Assembly (NCBI GenBank): GCA_050014935.1
Contig: JBEKCJ010000021.1
Location: 41-64,040, forward strand
From: Candidatus Korobacteraceae bacterium
GTDB taxonomy: Bacteria; Acidobacteriota; Terriglobia; Terriglobales; Acidobacteriaceae
Length of the DNA: 64,000 nucleotides
Direction of reading: 5' to 3'
Below the pieces are notes generated by a model. That model did no database searches. It worked only from the letters and a program-made list of their open reading frames with translations, and was not told the DNA's origin. The position numbers and the translations under genes were made by a program. This document shows positions 18,554 to 28,978 of this stretch, piece after piece (position 1 is the stretch's first letter; each line of letters opens with the position of its first letter).

Positions 18554-19501
18554 CTAGGGTTTGCCCAGCCACGAGTACTGCCAGGCCGCCGAGACGCTCT
18601 GGTAATTGCCGCCGAACCGAATGTAAGTGCCGTCGCTGTAAGAGAGCTTGAGCGACTGGTGGCGGGTAACCGGCATCGAGAACGTCCCACCGATCCGCGA
18701 TCCCGTCTGTTTGGTTGCAAGGTTGCGAATTCCGTTTAAGGCGGTCACCCCGCCGAACCAGAAGTTGCCATCCAGCGAGACCCATGGGTAAAGCGTCTTC
18801 TTTCGTGCCACCCGGCTGAGGTCGTAACTCAAATGGCCCTCGAAGCTGCCAATGGGCTCCTCGGTCTGCGGCTTGGGAGCGGGTGGGCTATAGTAGTCGC
18901 TGTTGGTGGTGTAGAACCACACTCCGCCGTAGCCGTCGACCACCCAGTTGCCGAAGCGCTGGGAGTATCCCAGCTCCGGTTTGAAGGCCCAGCGATTGAT
19001 TCCCCAGTTGATGAGCTTGGTGGGATCATACTGCCCGGTAGGAGCAATCATTCTCAAGCTGGCGCCCAGCAGCATCTTCTGCTTCCATTTTGAGAACTCC
19101 TTGGCGTTCATCGCCGGGCCGCCCTTCAAATTGACCGATAAGCGGGCGGACATGTCGAGCAGTCCGGAGCGGTAGAGAGACTTATTTTGTCCGAGCAGCA
19201 TACCGCTGAAATTTCCGACGGCGTACGGCAAAGAGACGTTAAAATTCGCCGAACGCCCAAAGAAGTTGAACGCATGATAGTAGGTGAAGACGGGGACGCT
19301 GTATTTCCCAGTTGCGCCGGTGACGGGAATGGTTCCGTTGAAGTCGACCCCGCCGTCGTAGAACGAGTAAGTCAGGGTGACGGCATTCGAGTGATTCGGG
19401 GTAATGAGATAGGCGCGCGGCGCAAGGTCCTGGGCGGTGAGCCAGTGCATTGAACCCAGGGCGATCGCGGCCGACAATCCGAGCTTGAAGAAACGTCGCA
19501 T
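18554..19501 (-). CDS. outer-membrane beta-barrel channel (MetA-pathway/'transporter' family-like)
   Basis: 315 aa with a signal peptide, DLAPRAYLITP near the mature N-terminus, alternating beta strands and a C-terminal aromatic-rich strand. Its start directly abuts the upstream gene's stop (TAGATG). Confidence 0.6.
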   Translation of the reverse strand: MRRFFKLGLSAAIALGSMHWLTAQDLAPRAYLITPNHSNAVTLTYSFYDGGVDFNGTIPVTGATGKYSVPVFTYYHAFNFFGRSANFNVSLPYAVGNFSGMLLGQNKSLYRSGLLDMSARLSVNLKGGPAMNAKEFSKWKQKMLLGASLRMIAPTGQYDPTKLINWGINRWAFKPELGYSQRFGNWVVDGYGGVWFYTTNSDYYSPPAPKPQTEEPIGSFEGHLSYDLSRVARKKTLYPWVSLDGNFWFGGVTALNGIRNLATKQTGSRIGGTFSMPVTRHQSLKLSYSDGTYIRFGGNYQSVSAAWQYSWLGKP

Positions 19502-20209
19502 CTACTTGACCGAGAAATAGAGATTAAGCATCAGTCCTAACTGGTTGAGTTTCTGATTGGGGCTTGTGCCCGTCGAATTCTGGTGCTCATAGTACGGGTT
19601 GAACTCCACATGCTGGCCGATGGGAAAGATGCAACCGGCATAGAGTGCGGTGTCGCTCCATTTGCTGTATTTGCTTTGGTAGAAGAATTCTACGCTGGCG
19701 TAGGGAGAGGGATGGTAGGAGTGGATGGTAATCGCCCTCTCGATCTGGAAGCGGTTGCGATAGCGCCAGGTGAAGTTTGTGCTCCAGTCAAGATCGGCGC
19801 GATTTCTATCGGACAGCAGAAGATCCCCTTTCATGGGACCGGTGAAGGTCACAACTGGCTCCATGCGGTTCGTCCCGGGCTCGTTATTTGCGCGCGGCAG
19901 GTAGCGGTATCCGATGGAAAACACCAGGGTACGGGATTTGGCATCGTTCAGATCGTACTCAGCGGCGTTTTTGAGATTGAACAACGGCTTGAGATAGAAA
20001 TCCAGGCTGGGCCCAATCTCGGCTTGGATCGGCCCACCGTCCTCTCTCGTTTGCTTCGCCTGGAAATCGAAACGCAAATCGGAAGTCAGTTTAACGTAGG
20101 TATCAATTTCCGGCAGCAATTGGTCTTCGACCGTTTGCGCGCCGGCGGAAAGACACAACAGAATCACGAGCGACGCCAGCACCAGCGACTTTTCTGCAAT
20201 GCCAGCCAT
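19502..20209 (-). CDS. outer-membrane beta-barrel protein (DUF2490-like)
   Basis: 235 aa with a signal peptide, amphipathic beta-strand periodicity and a terminal LNLYFSVK. Family assignment is tentative. Confidence 0.55.
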   Translation of the reverse strand: MAGIAEKSLVLASLVILLCLSAGAQTVEDQLLPEIDTYVKLTSDLRFDFQAKQTREDGGPIQAEIGPSLDFYLKPLFNLKNAAEYDLNDAKSRTLVFSIGYRYLPRANNEPGTNRMEPVVTFTGPMKGDLLLSDRNRADLDWSTNFTWRYRNRFQIERAITIHSYHPSPYASVEFFYQSKYSKWSDTALYAGCIFPIGQHVEFNPYYEHQNSTGTSPNQKLNQLGLMLNLYFSVK

Positions 20210-20288
20210 GATTCGGGGCTTACTGGAAACAGCAGCGGGGACAATGAACGGGCGGCCCTTGAGGACCGCCCGCAGGTTGGGTGTTTGA

Positions 20289-21980
20289 CTATTGGCCTTC
20301 GTGCGCCTTCATCATCTCAGTGATTTTGGCTTTTATGGCCGACAAGTTGAAGCTTGCTGGATCCTGCATCGGAGGATAATCGACGGCCGTCATCGCGAGT
20401 TTACCGACCTCTTGCTGCACAACGACAAACCGCCAGAACTCGCGGGCAAAGAAGTCATTCATGTAACCGCCGCCCATGTCGTTCGTACTCTCACCTCGGA
20501 TCGACGGTGTGCGCTCGAACGGATCCTGCCGGATGTTCACGATGGTAGGCATATCAGTGGTGACCTTCTCTCCCGGCCAGCCCCACGGCTGCTGGAAGAA
20601 CTGGAACTTGAAATCGTCGATACGGATGGCGCCCAATTGAGCTCCACCGAAATAGAAGACTTCATGACGGGCGGATGGTCCCTTACCCTCAAGGAGGGCG
20701 GTCTGGTTATAGCCGTCCAGGTGGTTTTTGTAAGTTGCGCCGCCAAGCGTCACTCCCTTCAGGAGTTGATTGGTAATGTCAGGATTTCCGGCTGCGGCTG
20801 AGAGAGTGGGTAACCAGTCGAGGCCGGAGAAGATACCGTTCTCAACCGAACCCGGCTTGACGTGTCCCGGCCAGCGGATAATCGCAGGGACGCGGAATCC
20901 GCCTTCGAAGACGGTGCCCTTGGTGGCCCGGAACGGTGTCATACCTCCATCCGGCCAGGTGAACACCTCGGCGCCATTGTCGGTGGTGAAGATGACTATA
21001 GTGTTATCAGCCTCACCGATATCGTCCAGATGCTTCAGGATTTCGCCAACGCTCTCGTCCATCTGGGCCATGCCGGCCTCTTCCACGTTGTAGTTACTGG
21101 TGGCGTTCATCATTGCCTGATACTTGGGCGGAAGATAGGTGAAGACATGCATGCGGGTGGTATTGTGCCAGATGAAGAAGGGCTTGCCGTCTTTTTTCGC
21201 TTTATCCATGAAACCGTTGGTGTCGGCGACCAGCACGTCGTCGAAGGTCTCCATGTCGTACTTGGCCGGCTTGCCCTTCTGCCAGTTCTGCATGTCCGTC
21301 ATGTTGGGAAATGGCGCCAGCGGGCCCTCATCCACGATCCTCTGCTTTCCGACTGCGCCCCAGCGTGGCTGGACGGTTGGGTCATTGGTGTCCGTCGCCC
21401 AGCAGTGCGTAAGATCACGCGGCCCGGTTTTGTCGATCCAGTCCTGCGGATAGTCGAACCAATACGGATCGGACATGGCGTCGAGGTGATAGAGGTAGCC
21501 GAAGAATTCGTCGAAGCCATGCACGCACGGCAGGAACTTGTTCAGGTCACCGAGATGGTTCTTGCCGAATTGGCCGGTCTCATAGCCCTGTGCCTTGAGA
21601 ATGGTGGCTAGGGTAACCGCCTGCGCGGGCAACCCTACGTCTGCTCCGGCCTGGCCCACCGTGGTCAAACCCGTGCGAATGGGCAGCTCGCCGGTGATGA
21701 AGTTGGCGCGCCCCGCCGTGCAACTTGCCTCGGCGTAGTAATCGGTGAACATCATGCCCTGAGCGGCAAGCTTGTCCAGGCTCGGGGTCTTGCCTGACAT
21801 GATTCCACGGTGGTAGGCGCCGATATTGAACCAACCCACATCGTCGCCCATGATGACCAGAATGTTAGGCGGTTTTGCGCTGGTGGCCTGCGCATGTAAG
21901 GTCGCACTCCCGCCGGCAAAAACGCTCGCGACGGCCAATGCTCCCAGGGTGAACTTTCGAACACTTGCACCCAGATCCAT
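20289..21980 (-). CDS. arylsulfatase (formylglycine-dependent, Cys-type)
   Basis: 563 aa with a signal peptide. PNILVIMGDDVGW, the ASCTAGRANFITG (C-x-A-x-R) formylglycine motif and TTDNGAE metal-site motifs are present. Confidence 0.9.
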   Translation of the reverse strand: MDLGASVRKFTLGALAVASVFAGGSATLHAQATSAKPPNILVIMGDDVGWFNIGAYHRGIMSGKTPSLDKLAAQGMMFTDYYAEASCTAGRANFITGELPIRTGLTTVGQAGADVGLPAQAVTLATILKAQGYETGQFGKNHLGDLNKFLPCVHGFDEFFGYLYHLDAMSDPYWFDYPQDWIDKTGPRDLTHCWATDTNDPTVQPRWGAVGKQRIVDEGPLAPFPNMTDMQNWQKGKPAKYDMETFDDVLVADTNGFMDKAKKDGKPFFIWHNTTRMHVFTYLPPKYQAMMNATSNYNVEEAGMAQMDESVGEILKHLDDIGEADNTIVIFTTDNGAEVFTWPDGGMTPFRATKGTVFEGGFRVPAIIRWPGHVKPGSVENGIFSGLDWLPTLSAAAGNPDITNQLLKGVTLGGATYKNHLDGYNQTALLEGKGPSARHEVFYFGGAQLGAIRIDDFKFQFFQQPWGWPGEKVTTDMPTIVNIRQDPFERTPSIRGESTNDMGGGYMNDFFAREFWRFVVVQQEVGKLAMTAVDYPPMQDPASFNLSAIKAKITEMMKAHEGQ

Positions 21981-22071
21981 ACTTCTCCTTTTCGACCGGT
22001 CCCGGATACTCGCGCCAGGAGCGCCTTAATCTTGCGTCTGCCAGTTCACTACGATTACCTGTGTTTGGGAA

Positions 22072-22087
22072 CTGTCGCTTGCGACAG
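22072..22087. promoter_or_regulatory. palindromic operator-like site B (CTGTCGC-TT-GCGACAG)
   Basis: ggaaCTGTCGCTTGCGACAGgtgggccac, about 90 bp upstream of the intact sulfatase start. Its flanks resemble those of site A. Confidence 0.5.
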
Positions 22088-22208
22088 GTGGGCCACGAGA
22101 GAACGGCAATATGGAGCTTGCCGTCATGCAGGATGGCAATGATATCCCTAAACAGGTTCCTCTATGGAGCAGGGCGTGCAACCTGCACGCCCTGTTGCAG
22201 CCAGGATG

Positions 22209-23886
22209 TTAGTCCGCCGAAGGTATGACCTGCGGCATGTGCTTGAGGTCCATTAACGGCAATGGATTCTTGGGATGCTGGAGGTCGGGGATGTTGTCGT
22301 TGGAAGCGCCACCTGGCGAGCGCTGGATGCTCGGATAGTCCACAATGGACCTGTCGAACTCCAGCAGCACTGCACCCATTAAGGCAGAGGCCCAGCCGTT
22401 GTCTTCGCCCGCGTACCTGCCTGGAGAGGTTGTGGTTCCCCGCGTCGGCGCTGCTCCGTTGAAGATCATGTCGTACTTCTCGTACGGATCCATGGTCAGG
22501 TTGTAGACTGCGGGGACCGAACCCAGATTTTGTGTGGGACCGAGCCAGGACTCTTTTGCGGTCCACATAAACTTCCAGGCGATGCTGAGCGCTGGATCGT
22601 TGGGGTCTCCGGCAATATCAGCGCGTATGGCATTGAGATACTCGCCATTGACGTAGATCCACGACCGGCGTGCAGAGTGCTGCGCCTTACCCAGGATGTA
22701 TGCGCTATTGTCGACGCTGTCGAAGTAGATGGGCTTGCCGTTGTTGTCCTTCATTTCGCCAACCGGCGGAGGAGTGATGCCCGCCATCATGGCCAGGGTT
22801 GACCAGCAATCAATGTGCGACATCATAGGTCGAACCTGCCGGAATGTGGCCGGGCCACGTCATGATGGCCGGTACGCGCCAGCCGCCTTCAAACGCCGAG
22901 CCCTTCTCGCCGCGGAACGGAGTGGTTCCAGCATCGGGATAGGCATCCAGCTATGCGCCGTTGTCGGCGGTCAGGATAACGATGGTGTTGGGCGCGTCGG
23001 CACGGATTTCATCCAGCACCTTGCCGATGTCCGCATCCATCTCCATGAGCGAGTCCGAGTAGTCGCCCAGATGCGACTTGCCCCGGTATTCCGGCGCCGC
23101 ATTGGTCGGATTGTGCATCTTGATCCAGTTCACGTCCATGAAGAATGGCTTGCCACTCTTGGCGTGCTCCTTGATGTAGGCGACGGCATAGTCGGCCTGC
23201 CGTTGGTCCATCGTCGCCATATAGTCATAAGTTATCTTGGCAACCTGCTTAGCCGGCTGACCGGCCACGCCCTCCCACTCGTACAGATTCACCACGGAGT
23301 CGAACATCTTTTCAAATTCCGGATTGTACGACGGGAACCAGGGATGGAAATTCTTGGAGGTGTCGGGATAGGAATAGACGCCGGCGTAATAGGCGGCGAA
23401 CTCCTTCATCTCGTCGAAGCCGTGATTGATTGGGTAGGCGACTGGCTTGTCGCCCAGGTGCCATTTGCCGGAGAAGTAGGTAGTGTAGCCGTTCTTCTTG
23501 AAGAATTCGGCGATGGTTGGGGTCTCGGGCTTAAGGTAGTTTTCGTCGCCGGGAGCAACCACGATTGACAGCGCTGTGCGGATGGGAATGCGTCCAGTGA
23601 TGAACGAAGCGCGGCCCGCCGTGCAACTTGCCTGTCCGTACCAACTGGTGAAGACCGCGCCCTCTTTGGCCATCTTGTCGATATTGGGTGTGGGATGGCC
23701 CAGAGTTGCGCCTCCTCCTGAATAGGCGCCGAAATCGTTCCATCCAGTGTCGTCGGTCATCAGCATGACGATGTTGGGTTTCGCGTTTTGAGCCGCGCTT
23801 GGGACCGCTCCGCCCGCCAGCAAAAAGCTGGAGATAGCAAGCGCTCCCAGAGTCACTTTTCGTACACTTGCTCCTAAATCCATCAT
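22209..23886 (-). pseudogene. disrupted arylsulfatase paralog (in-frame TAG plus a frameshift)
   Basis: The N-terminal ORF (22951-23886) has the QASCTAGRASFITG motif and stops at TAG 22953-22951, right after TADNGA. The same frame continues [39 protein letters not shown] to a TGA at 22812-22810. Homology then resumes in another frame ([16 protein letters not shown]..., ORF 22209-22826). Confidence 0.75.
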
Positions 23887-23992
23887 TTCTCCTTGTGGTT
23901 TATTAAAGTCACTTTGTTACCGTTAATAACATCTTGGAACTGCTACCTATTACAGTGTCCGGATGCGGAGCCGGCAACCCAGAACGGATTCT

Positions 23993-25291
23993 TTAGACCC
24001 TGAAGTTAGGGGGGGGCTTGGGTGTTCCGGAGCCCTCAACCCGCTGCACGATGTCTTTCATGTCGCCGTCGATGTGCTGCCAGAACTTCATCAGACCGCT
24101 GCACAGGTAATTCAGTCCGGGCTCGCCATCGCGGGTGCGGATCAGCCGGTTCTTCGGACATTCTCCATTGCAGGCAAACAGATATTTGCAATCGCGGCAC
24201 TGCTGCGACAGGTCGTCGCGCTTGGCGAAGCCAAACTTCCTCTGCTCGTCGGAAAAGATCATGCGCGAAATGTGTTTTTCCGCGATATTGCCCAGCTTGT
24301 ATTCAGGATACACGTAGTGATCGCACGCGTAGACACTGCCATCGTGCTCCAGAGCCACGCCCTTGCCACAAAAGTCGTTATAGATGCATAGCTGGGAGGC
24401 CAGGCCCATCCACTGCGCCACCGCGGTCTCGAACAGGTTGACGTGGATCTTTCCATAGTCGCGCCGGTACCAGTCATCCCAAACTTTGCAAAGAAAGTAG
24501 CCCCAGTCATCGGGATCGACGGACCAGTCCGTGACCACGGAATCGGGATTGCCGGGATGCGCGGCCGGCGCTCCTTGCACCGGCAATGCAGCCGGATCCC
24601 ATTTTTGGGGCGCGGTGTTCTCGAAGACCTTCGGTTCTACGCAAGGAATGAACTGAAGCTGCCGCGGGCGAAGTTCGCGACTGAGAAAGCGGTAGACGTC
24701 CAGTGGCTTTTTCGCGTTCACGCGATTGACCACGGTCAACGTGTTGAAGGGAACTTTATATTTCTGCAATAGCTGGCCGGCGGCGAAAACCTTTTCGAAG
24801 GTCGTCCGGCCGCCCTTGTCCACGCGGAACCGGTCGTGCAACTCCTGCGGGCCGTCAATGCTGAGGCCGACCAGGAAGCGATTGTCCCGCAAAAAAGTGC
24901 ACCACTCGTCGTTTAGCAGTACTCCGTTGGTCTGGAGATCGTTCTCGATGGTCTGGTGGGGACGCTGGTACTTCTTTTCCAGCCCAACCACTTTCTCAAA
25001 GAAGCTTACTCCCAGCAGAGTCGGCTCACCTCCCTGCCAGGAAAACACGACTTCGTCGCCAGCCTGGCCTTCGATGTACTGGCGGATGTGGGCTTCCAGA
25101 ATCTCGTCGCTGATGCGGAATTTGTGGTCGCTGCCCAGCAGTTCTTCTTTGTGCAAGTAATAGCAGTAGGCGCAGTCGAGATTGCAGATCGCCCCCGTGG
25201 GCTTCACCATCGCGTGAAACCGCGGCTTCGTGCCGGGATAAACCGGCGGAGGCGACAGAGGATCGCTGGGGTTGCTCATGAAGCCTTTCAA
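23993..25291 (-). CDS. anaerobic sulfatase-maturating enzyme (radical SAM/SPASM)
   Basis: 432 aa. CNLDCAYCYY is the CX3CX2C cluster, and there are additional Cys clusters including CRDCKYLFACNGECPK. Located next to two sulfatase genes. Confidence 0.9.
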   Translation of the reverse strand: MKGFMSNPSDPLSPPPVYPGTKPRFHAMVKPTGAICNLDCAYCYYLHKEELLGSDHKFRISDEILEAHIRQYIEGQAGDEVVFSWQGGEPTLLGVSFFEKVVGLEKKYQRPHQTIENDLQTNGVLLNDEWCTFLRDNRFLVGLSIDGPQELHDRFRVDKGGRTTFEKVFAAGQLLQKYKVPFNTLTVVNRVNAKKPLDVYRFLSRELRPRQLQFIPCVEPKVFENTAPQKWDPAALPVQGAPAAHPGNPDSVVTDWSVDPDDWGYFLCKVWDDWYRRDYGKIHVNLFETAVAQWMGLASQLCIYNDFCGKGVALEHDGSVYACDHYVYPEYKLGNIAEKHISRMIFSDEQRKFGFAKRDDLSQQCRDCKYLFACNGECPKNRLIRTRDGEPGLNYLCSGLMKFWQHIDGDMKDIVQRVEGSGTPKPPPNFRV

Positions 25292-25321
25292 TCTGAGGAG
25301 ACGCGGTCGTCTACTCCTGGT

Positions 25322-27694
25322 TCACTGCGCTTGTCTCCGCAATTCCTGCAACGTGGCTTTTGCGCTGGGGTCGTCAGGAACCAGTTGGACTAATTCCTGA
25401 GCGTATACCGTTGCCGCCGGGATGTTCCCGTTGTCGCGTTCGAAGGCGATCAAGGCATTCAGTATCTGGCGATCGGCGGGACGCCCCTCGTGAGCTCGTT
25501 GCAAAATACTGATCGCCTGATTTACCTGCCCGCTGGATTGCAGAGCGACGGCGTACACATAGCTGTAGCGCGCGTTGGCCGGCTGTAGCGCCGTTGCCTT
25601 GGCCAGCAGCGGCAGTGCCTCAGAATATTGTTTCTGCCTGATCTTGAGCAGGCCGAGGGCGTAGACGGGTTCGGCCGCATTCGGCTCCGCTGCCATCGCT
25701 TTTTCCAGCCACTGCTGACCTTCATTGTCGCGCTGCTGCTCGCGGTAGAGGTCGGCCAGGTTGACCATGGCGGGCACGAACTTCGGATCGAGTCGCAGAG
25801 CGGTTTTCAGTTCGCTTTCTGCATCGGCAGTACGTCCCATCTGCGCGTATACCAGGGCAAGGTTCATGTGGCTCTCGGGACGTTCCGCCGAGACCATCTC
25901 GCTGGCGATCAGCTCGACGATGTCGCGGTCGAGCGCGGTCTTCTGGGCATCCGGCAGACCGGGCGCGCTTCCCGCCAGCGAGCGCGCCACCTCGATGCGT
26001 ACGGAGAGAGATGGATCGGTCAGCAAGGGCGCAGCCAGGCGAACCCGGTCTTGCGGTGGGAGTGGTTCCAGAGAGCGCACGGCCTGGCTTCGTACCTGAG
26101 CGTCATTGTCCGCGAGCGCGGCTTGCACGGCTGGCATGGAAGCTGGCGACAAATACGGAGGTAGCAGGCTTAATGCGGTGGCCCGGGCAATGGCCGGCTT
26201 GGTTGAGTCCTGAATCAGCGCGGTCAGGGCGATCTCGGCATTCGGCAAGCCGCGACGGCCAGCATCGATTGCTTCGACGAAGTGGGCTTCCTGTCTGCGG
26301 TTGGGGCCATACCATTTCACGACCGCATCAACCGCCCAACCGTTGGACTTGTCTTTATGGCATTGGTTGCAGGCGTTCGGAGTTCCATAGGCCACGGAGA
26401 AATCCGGACGCGGCACGCGGAAGCTGTGGTCACGCCTGACATCGACCACCATGTACGTCTTGGTCGGCATGTGGCAGTTCACGCAGAGCGCGCCGGCGCT
26501 CTCAGCCTGGTGATGATGGTGCTGTGGGATGTCGAACTTGGCCGCTGAATGACACTTCTCGCAAACCGAGTTCAGATTGCTGGAACGCAGTTTGGCAGTG
26601 TGAGGATCGTGGCAGTCCGAGCAGGTCACACCCTCGTGATACATCTTGCTCTGTACAAACGAGCCCCACTCGTAGTCTTCCTCAAGTATCTGGCCATCGG
26701 GATAATAGACTCCTTCTTCCAGCAGGCTCGGGACATAGGCGTCGAGGAACGGCTGTCCCGGCTGGTAGTCGGCGGTGATGGGGTGGCGGCGCGCATGGCA
26801 AGGAGCACAGGTGTTGATCTCATTGTGCGAGCGGGTCTCACCCTTCCAGTGCATGGTCGCCGAGCCAGGCTCTAAAGCTGCCCACGCCCCTTTCGCTGGT
26901 CTTAGGTCCGCAACCAGACCATCGGCGCCGGCGCTCGACTGGTAGGGTCCTTTCTTACGCGCCTCAGCCCAGGCCACGTGATTCGAACCTGGGCCATGGC
27001 ATGATTCGCAGGAGACGTCGATGTCAGACCAGGTGGTCGCGTAGCTGTCCTTGGCGAGATCGTAATTCTTGCGCAGGTTGGTGGAATGGCAATCGGCGCA
27101 CATGTAGTTCCAGGTCTGGTTCCGTCCCGTCCAGTGCAGAGGATCGCCTGGCGTTATTTTTTGTCCAGGATAGAGATTGAACCAGCGCTGTCCGCCCTGT
27201 TGTTTGCTGCGCGAATCCCACGCGACAACGAAACTCTGCATCCGTCCGTTGGGAAATGGGACCAGGTATTGTTGCAGGGGCGAGACGCCGAACGTGTATG
27301 GCAGAGCATAATCCTGGGGTTTGCCGTCGGGGCCCTCGGTATGAACGTAGAACTTGCTGTCCTTCTTGAAGAAGCTGGAAGTCATGCCGTCGCTGGCGAA
27401 TTGTGCGTTGTTGAAATTTCCCAGAACGCTGGCATCGCCGGCCGTCTGCATGGCCAGAGCATGATGCGACGTCCGCCAGGCCTGCGCCTGTTCCGCGTGA
27501 CATTGGGCACAGCGCGCCTCGCCAACATAGGTAGCGGCGGCTGCCGCCGGCTGCTTTTCCTGGGAGTGCGCCGCGACTGACCAGCGCCAGATGCCTACTC
27601 CGCACAGAGCAGCGACAATCACGCCCAAGCTGATGGTGACGATCGGAAGAGACTTCCCAAATCTGCTTTTTGCCGGCGTGGATGGTTTGCGCAC
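25322..27694 (-). CDS. membrane-anchored octaheme c-type cytochrome fused to a TPR domain
   Basis: 790 aa with an N-terminal anchor/signal and eight CxxCH motifs (CAQCH, CADCH, CESCH, CAPCH, CSDCH, CEKCH, CVNCH, CNQCH). The C-terminal ~300 aa are TPR-like repeats. Confidence 0.85.
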   Translation of the reverse strand: MRKPSTPAKSRFGKSLPIVTISLGVIVAALCGVGIWRWSVAAHSQEKQPAAAAATYVGEARCAQCHAEQAQAWRTSHHALAMQTAGDASVLGNFNNAQFASDGMTSSFFKKDSKFYVHTEGPDGKPQDYALPYTFGVSPLQQYLVPFPNGRMQSFVVAWDSRSKQQGGQRWFNLYPGQKITPGDPLHWTGRNQTWNYMCADCHSTNLRKNYDLAKDSYATTWSDIDVSCESCHGPGSNHVAWAEARKKGPYQSSAGADGLVADLRPAKGAWAALEPGSATMHWKGETRSHNEINTCAPCHARRHPITADYQPGQPFLDAYVPSLLEEGVYYPDGQILEEDYEWGSFVQSKMYHEGVTCSDCHDPHTAKLRSSNLNSVCEKCHSAAKFDIPQHHHHQAESAGALCVNCHMPTKTYMVVDVRRDHSFRVPRPDFSVAYGTPNACNQCHKDKSNGWAVDAVVKWYGPNRRQEAHFVEAIDAGRRGLPNAEIALTALIQDSTKPAIARATALSLLPPYLSPASMPAVQAALADNDAQVRSQAVRSLEPLPPQDRVRLAAPLLTDPSLSVRIEVARSLAGSAPGLPDAQKTALDRDIVELIASEMVSAERPESHMNLALVYAQMGRTADAESELKTALRLDPKFVPAMVNLADLYREQQRDNEGQQWLEKAMAAEPNAAEPVYALGLLKIRQKQYSEALPLLAKATALQPANARYSYVYAVALQSSGQVNQAISILQRAHEGRPADRQILNALIAFERDNGNIPAATVYAQELVQLVPDDPSAKATLQELRRQAQ

Positions 27695-27781
27695 GAGTCT
27701 ACCTGCTGGTGAGAGCCGCTCTCGCCGTCTTCGTCTTCCTGGATCCTGTCAGCTAATTGGAAATATCACAGACAGTCATAA

Positions 27782-28198
27782 CTACTCAGGCTGGATTTTA
27801 CCCTTCCGCGCCGTAAACGCGGAGACAAAGGTGCGTCCCTGCATCGCCTCCAGAATCGCGGGCACCAAGTCGGTAGACAGGCGAGCTTTGGTGACGTAGC
27901 CGCAGGCGCCGGCGGAAAACGCGGCATCGACATAATCATTATCTTCGTGAATCGTTAGAAAAACGATTCGGGCCCGGCGCTTCGCTTTCTGAAGGTCCCT
28001 TGCAGCCTGTAGCCCATCCAGCACCGGCATCGATATATCGATGACCAGGATGTCAGGATCGAGGGCCAGGACCGCAGCAACCGCTTGCTTGCCATCCTCC
28101 ACGGCAGCGATGACATCACACTCCCCGGTCACTGTCCGCCGAACCTTGGCGGCCACCGCGGGATGATCATCAGCGAGCACGACTTGGATTTTTGTCAC
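27782..28198 (-). CDS. single-domain response regulator (receiver only, NarL-type receiver without HTH)
   Basis: IQVVLADDHP...DILVIDISMPVLDG...IVFLTIHED...GACGYVTK receiver motifs with no output domain. Start placed at GTG 28198; the track ORF starts at 28240. Confidence 0.8.
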   Translation of the reverse strand: MTKIQVVLADDHPAVAAKVRRTVTGECDVIAAVEDGKQAVAAVLALDPDILVIDISMPVLDGLQAARDLQKAKRRARIVFLTIHEDNDYVDAAFSAGACGYVTKARLSTDLVPAILEAMQGRTFVSAFTARKGKIQPE

Positions 28199-28275
28199 AT
28201 GAGCCTTAGTCGCCCGGCAACATTGGCGGACGTATACCACAGTCTTATTGTTGTCGCGGCATCAGGGGTTGACAA

Positions 28276-28291
28276 CTGTCGCTTGCGACAG
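28276..28291. promoter_or_regulatory. palindromic operator-like site C (CTGTCGC-TT-GCGACAG)
   Basis: ggggTTGACAaCTGTCGCTTGCGACAGtgacc, about 80 bp upstream of the receiver-only regulator. A TTGACA/TTGTCA hexamer abuts the palindrome. Confidence 0.5.
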
Positions 28292-28411
28292 TGACCGAAG
28301 AGCGGTTGCTGGGGACGGTTGGCGCGGAGGTTGGGACGGAAAGTCTTTTCAGCTTCCCGGCGGTCAGCTGCAAGGCCCTGAATCAGGGCAGAACACAGTT
28401 GCGCAGCAACT

Positions 28412-28978
28412 CTAGGGATACTGTTTGAACATTTTCACAATAGCATCTTGCACCTGGCTCTCCAGTTTCTCAGGTTTGGTGCTCAGATTTTGTTGCGACA
28501 TGCCACGCCACACCAGTTTCTTGGCGCTGGCATTGATCAGATCGATGACCAATTCTCCCTTGTGGACGGTAATTGTCGTGTTGCCCCAGGTGCCAGCCAG
28601 CGCCGGCCCGGAAAAGCTGGGATCGAAAGGCGGAATGCCTCCGGTCGCGTTATAGAGCGGATCGGTGGAGTTGAACGACAGTTCCTGGTCGATGGACCCG
28701 TATACCTGAATGATGAGGTCGGGATTAGTGGTGACCTGGGTGAGGCCTTTCTGGGTGAGTTCGTCTTCGATGGTGCCGACGATGTCTGCTGCCAGCATGG
28801 GATGCGCGACCTGGCCGTGCGGCGCCCACGAGTAGGTTTTGAATTTGGAGAAATCGGCGTTGGGATCGTATTTGTTGACGTGGATCTTCTGCCCCTGCGC
28901 ACCCAGCGATACCAGCAGGATCACCGCCAGTGCCTGCAAGGGGCGCGACAAAAACGACAAAATCTTACCAGCAGCCAT
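28412..28978 (-). CDS. DUF4136 family secreted/lipoprotein
   Basis: 188 aa with a signal peptide. FSKFKTYSWAP ... GELVIDLINASAKKLVWRG matches the DUF4136 pattern. Confidence 0.75.
   Translation of the reverse strand: MAAGKILSFLSRPLQALAVILLVSLGAQGQKIHVNKYDPNADFSKFKTYSWAPHGQVAHPMLAADIVGTIEDELTQKGLTQVTTNPDLIIQVYGSIDQELSFNSTDPLYNATGGIPPFDPSFSGPALAGTWGNTTITVHKGELVIDLINASAKKLVWRGMSQQNLSTKPEKLESQVQDAIVKMFKQYP

Noticed and set aside
22951-22953. In-frame TAG in the second sulfatase as programmed recoding (for example pyrrolysine)
   Set aside because: No pyl genes or recoding signals are visible, and a second lesion (the frameshift about 110 nt downstream) makes simple gene decay or a sequence error far more likely.
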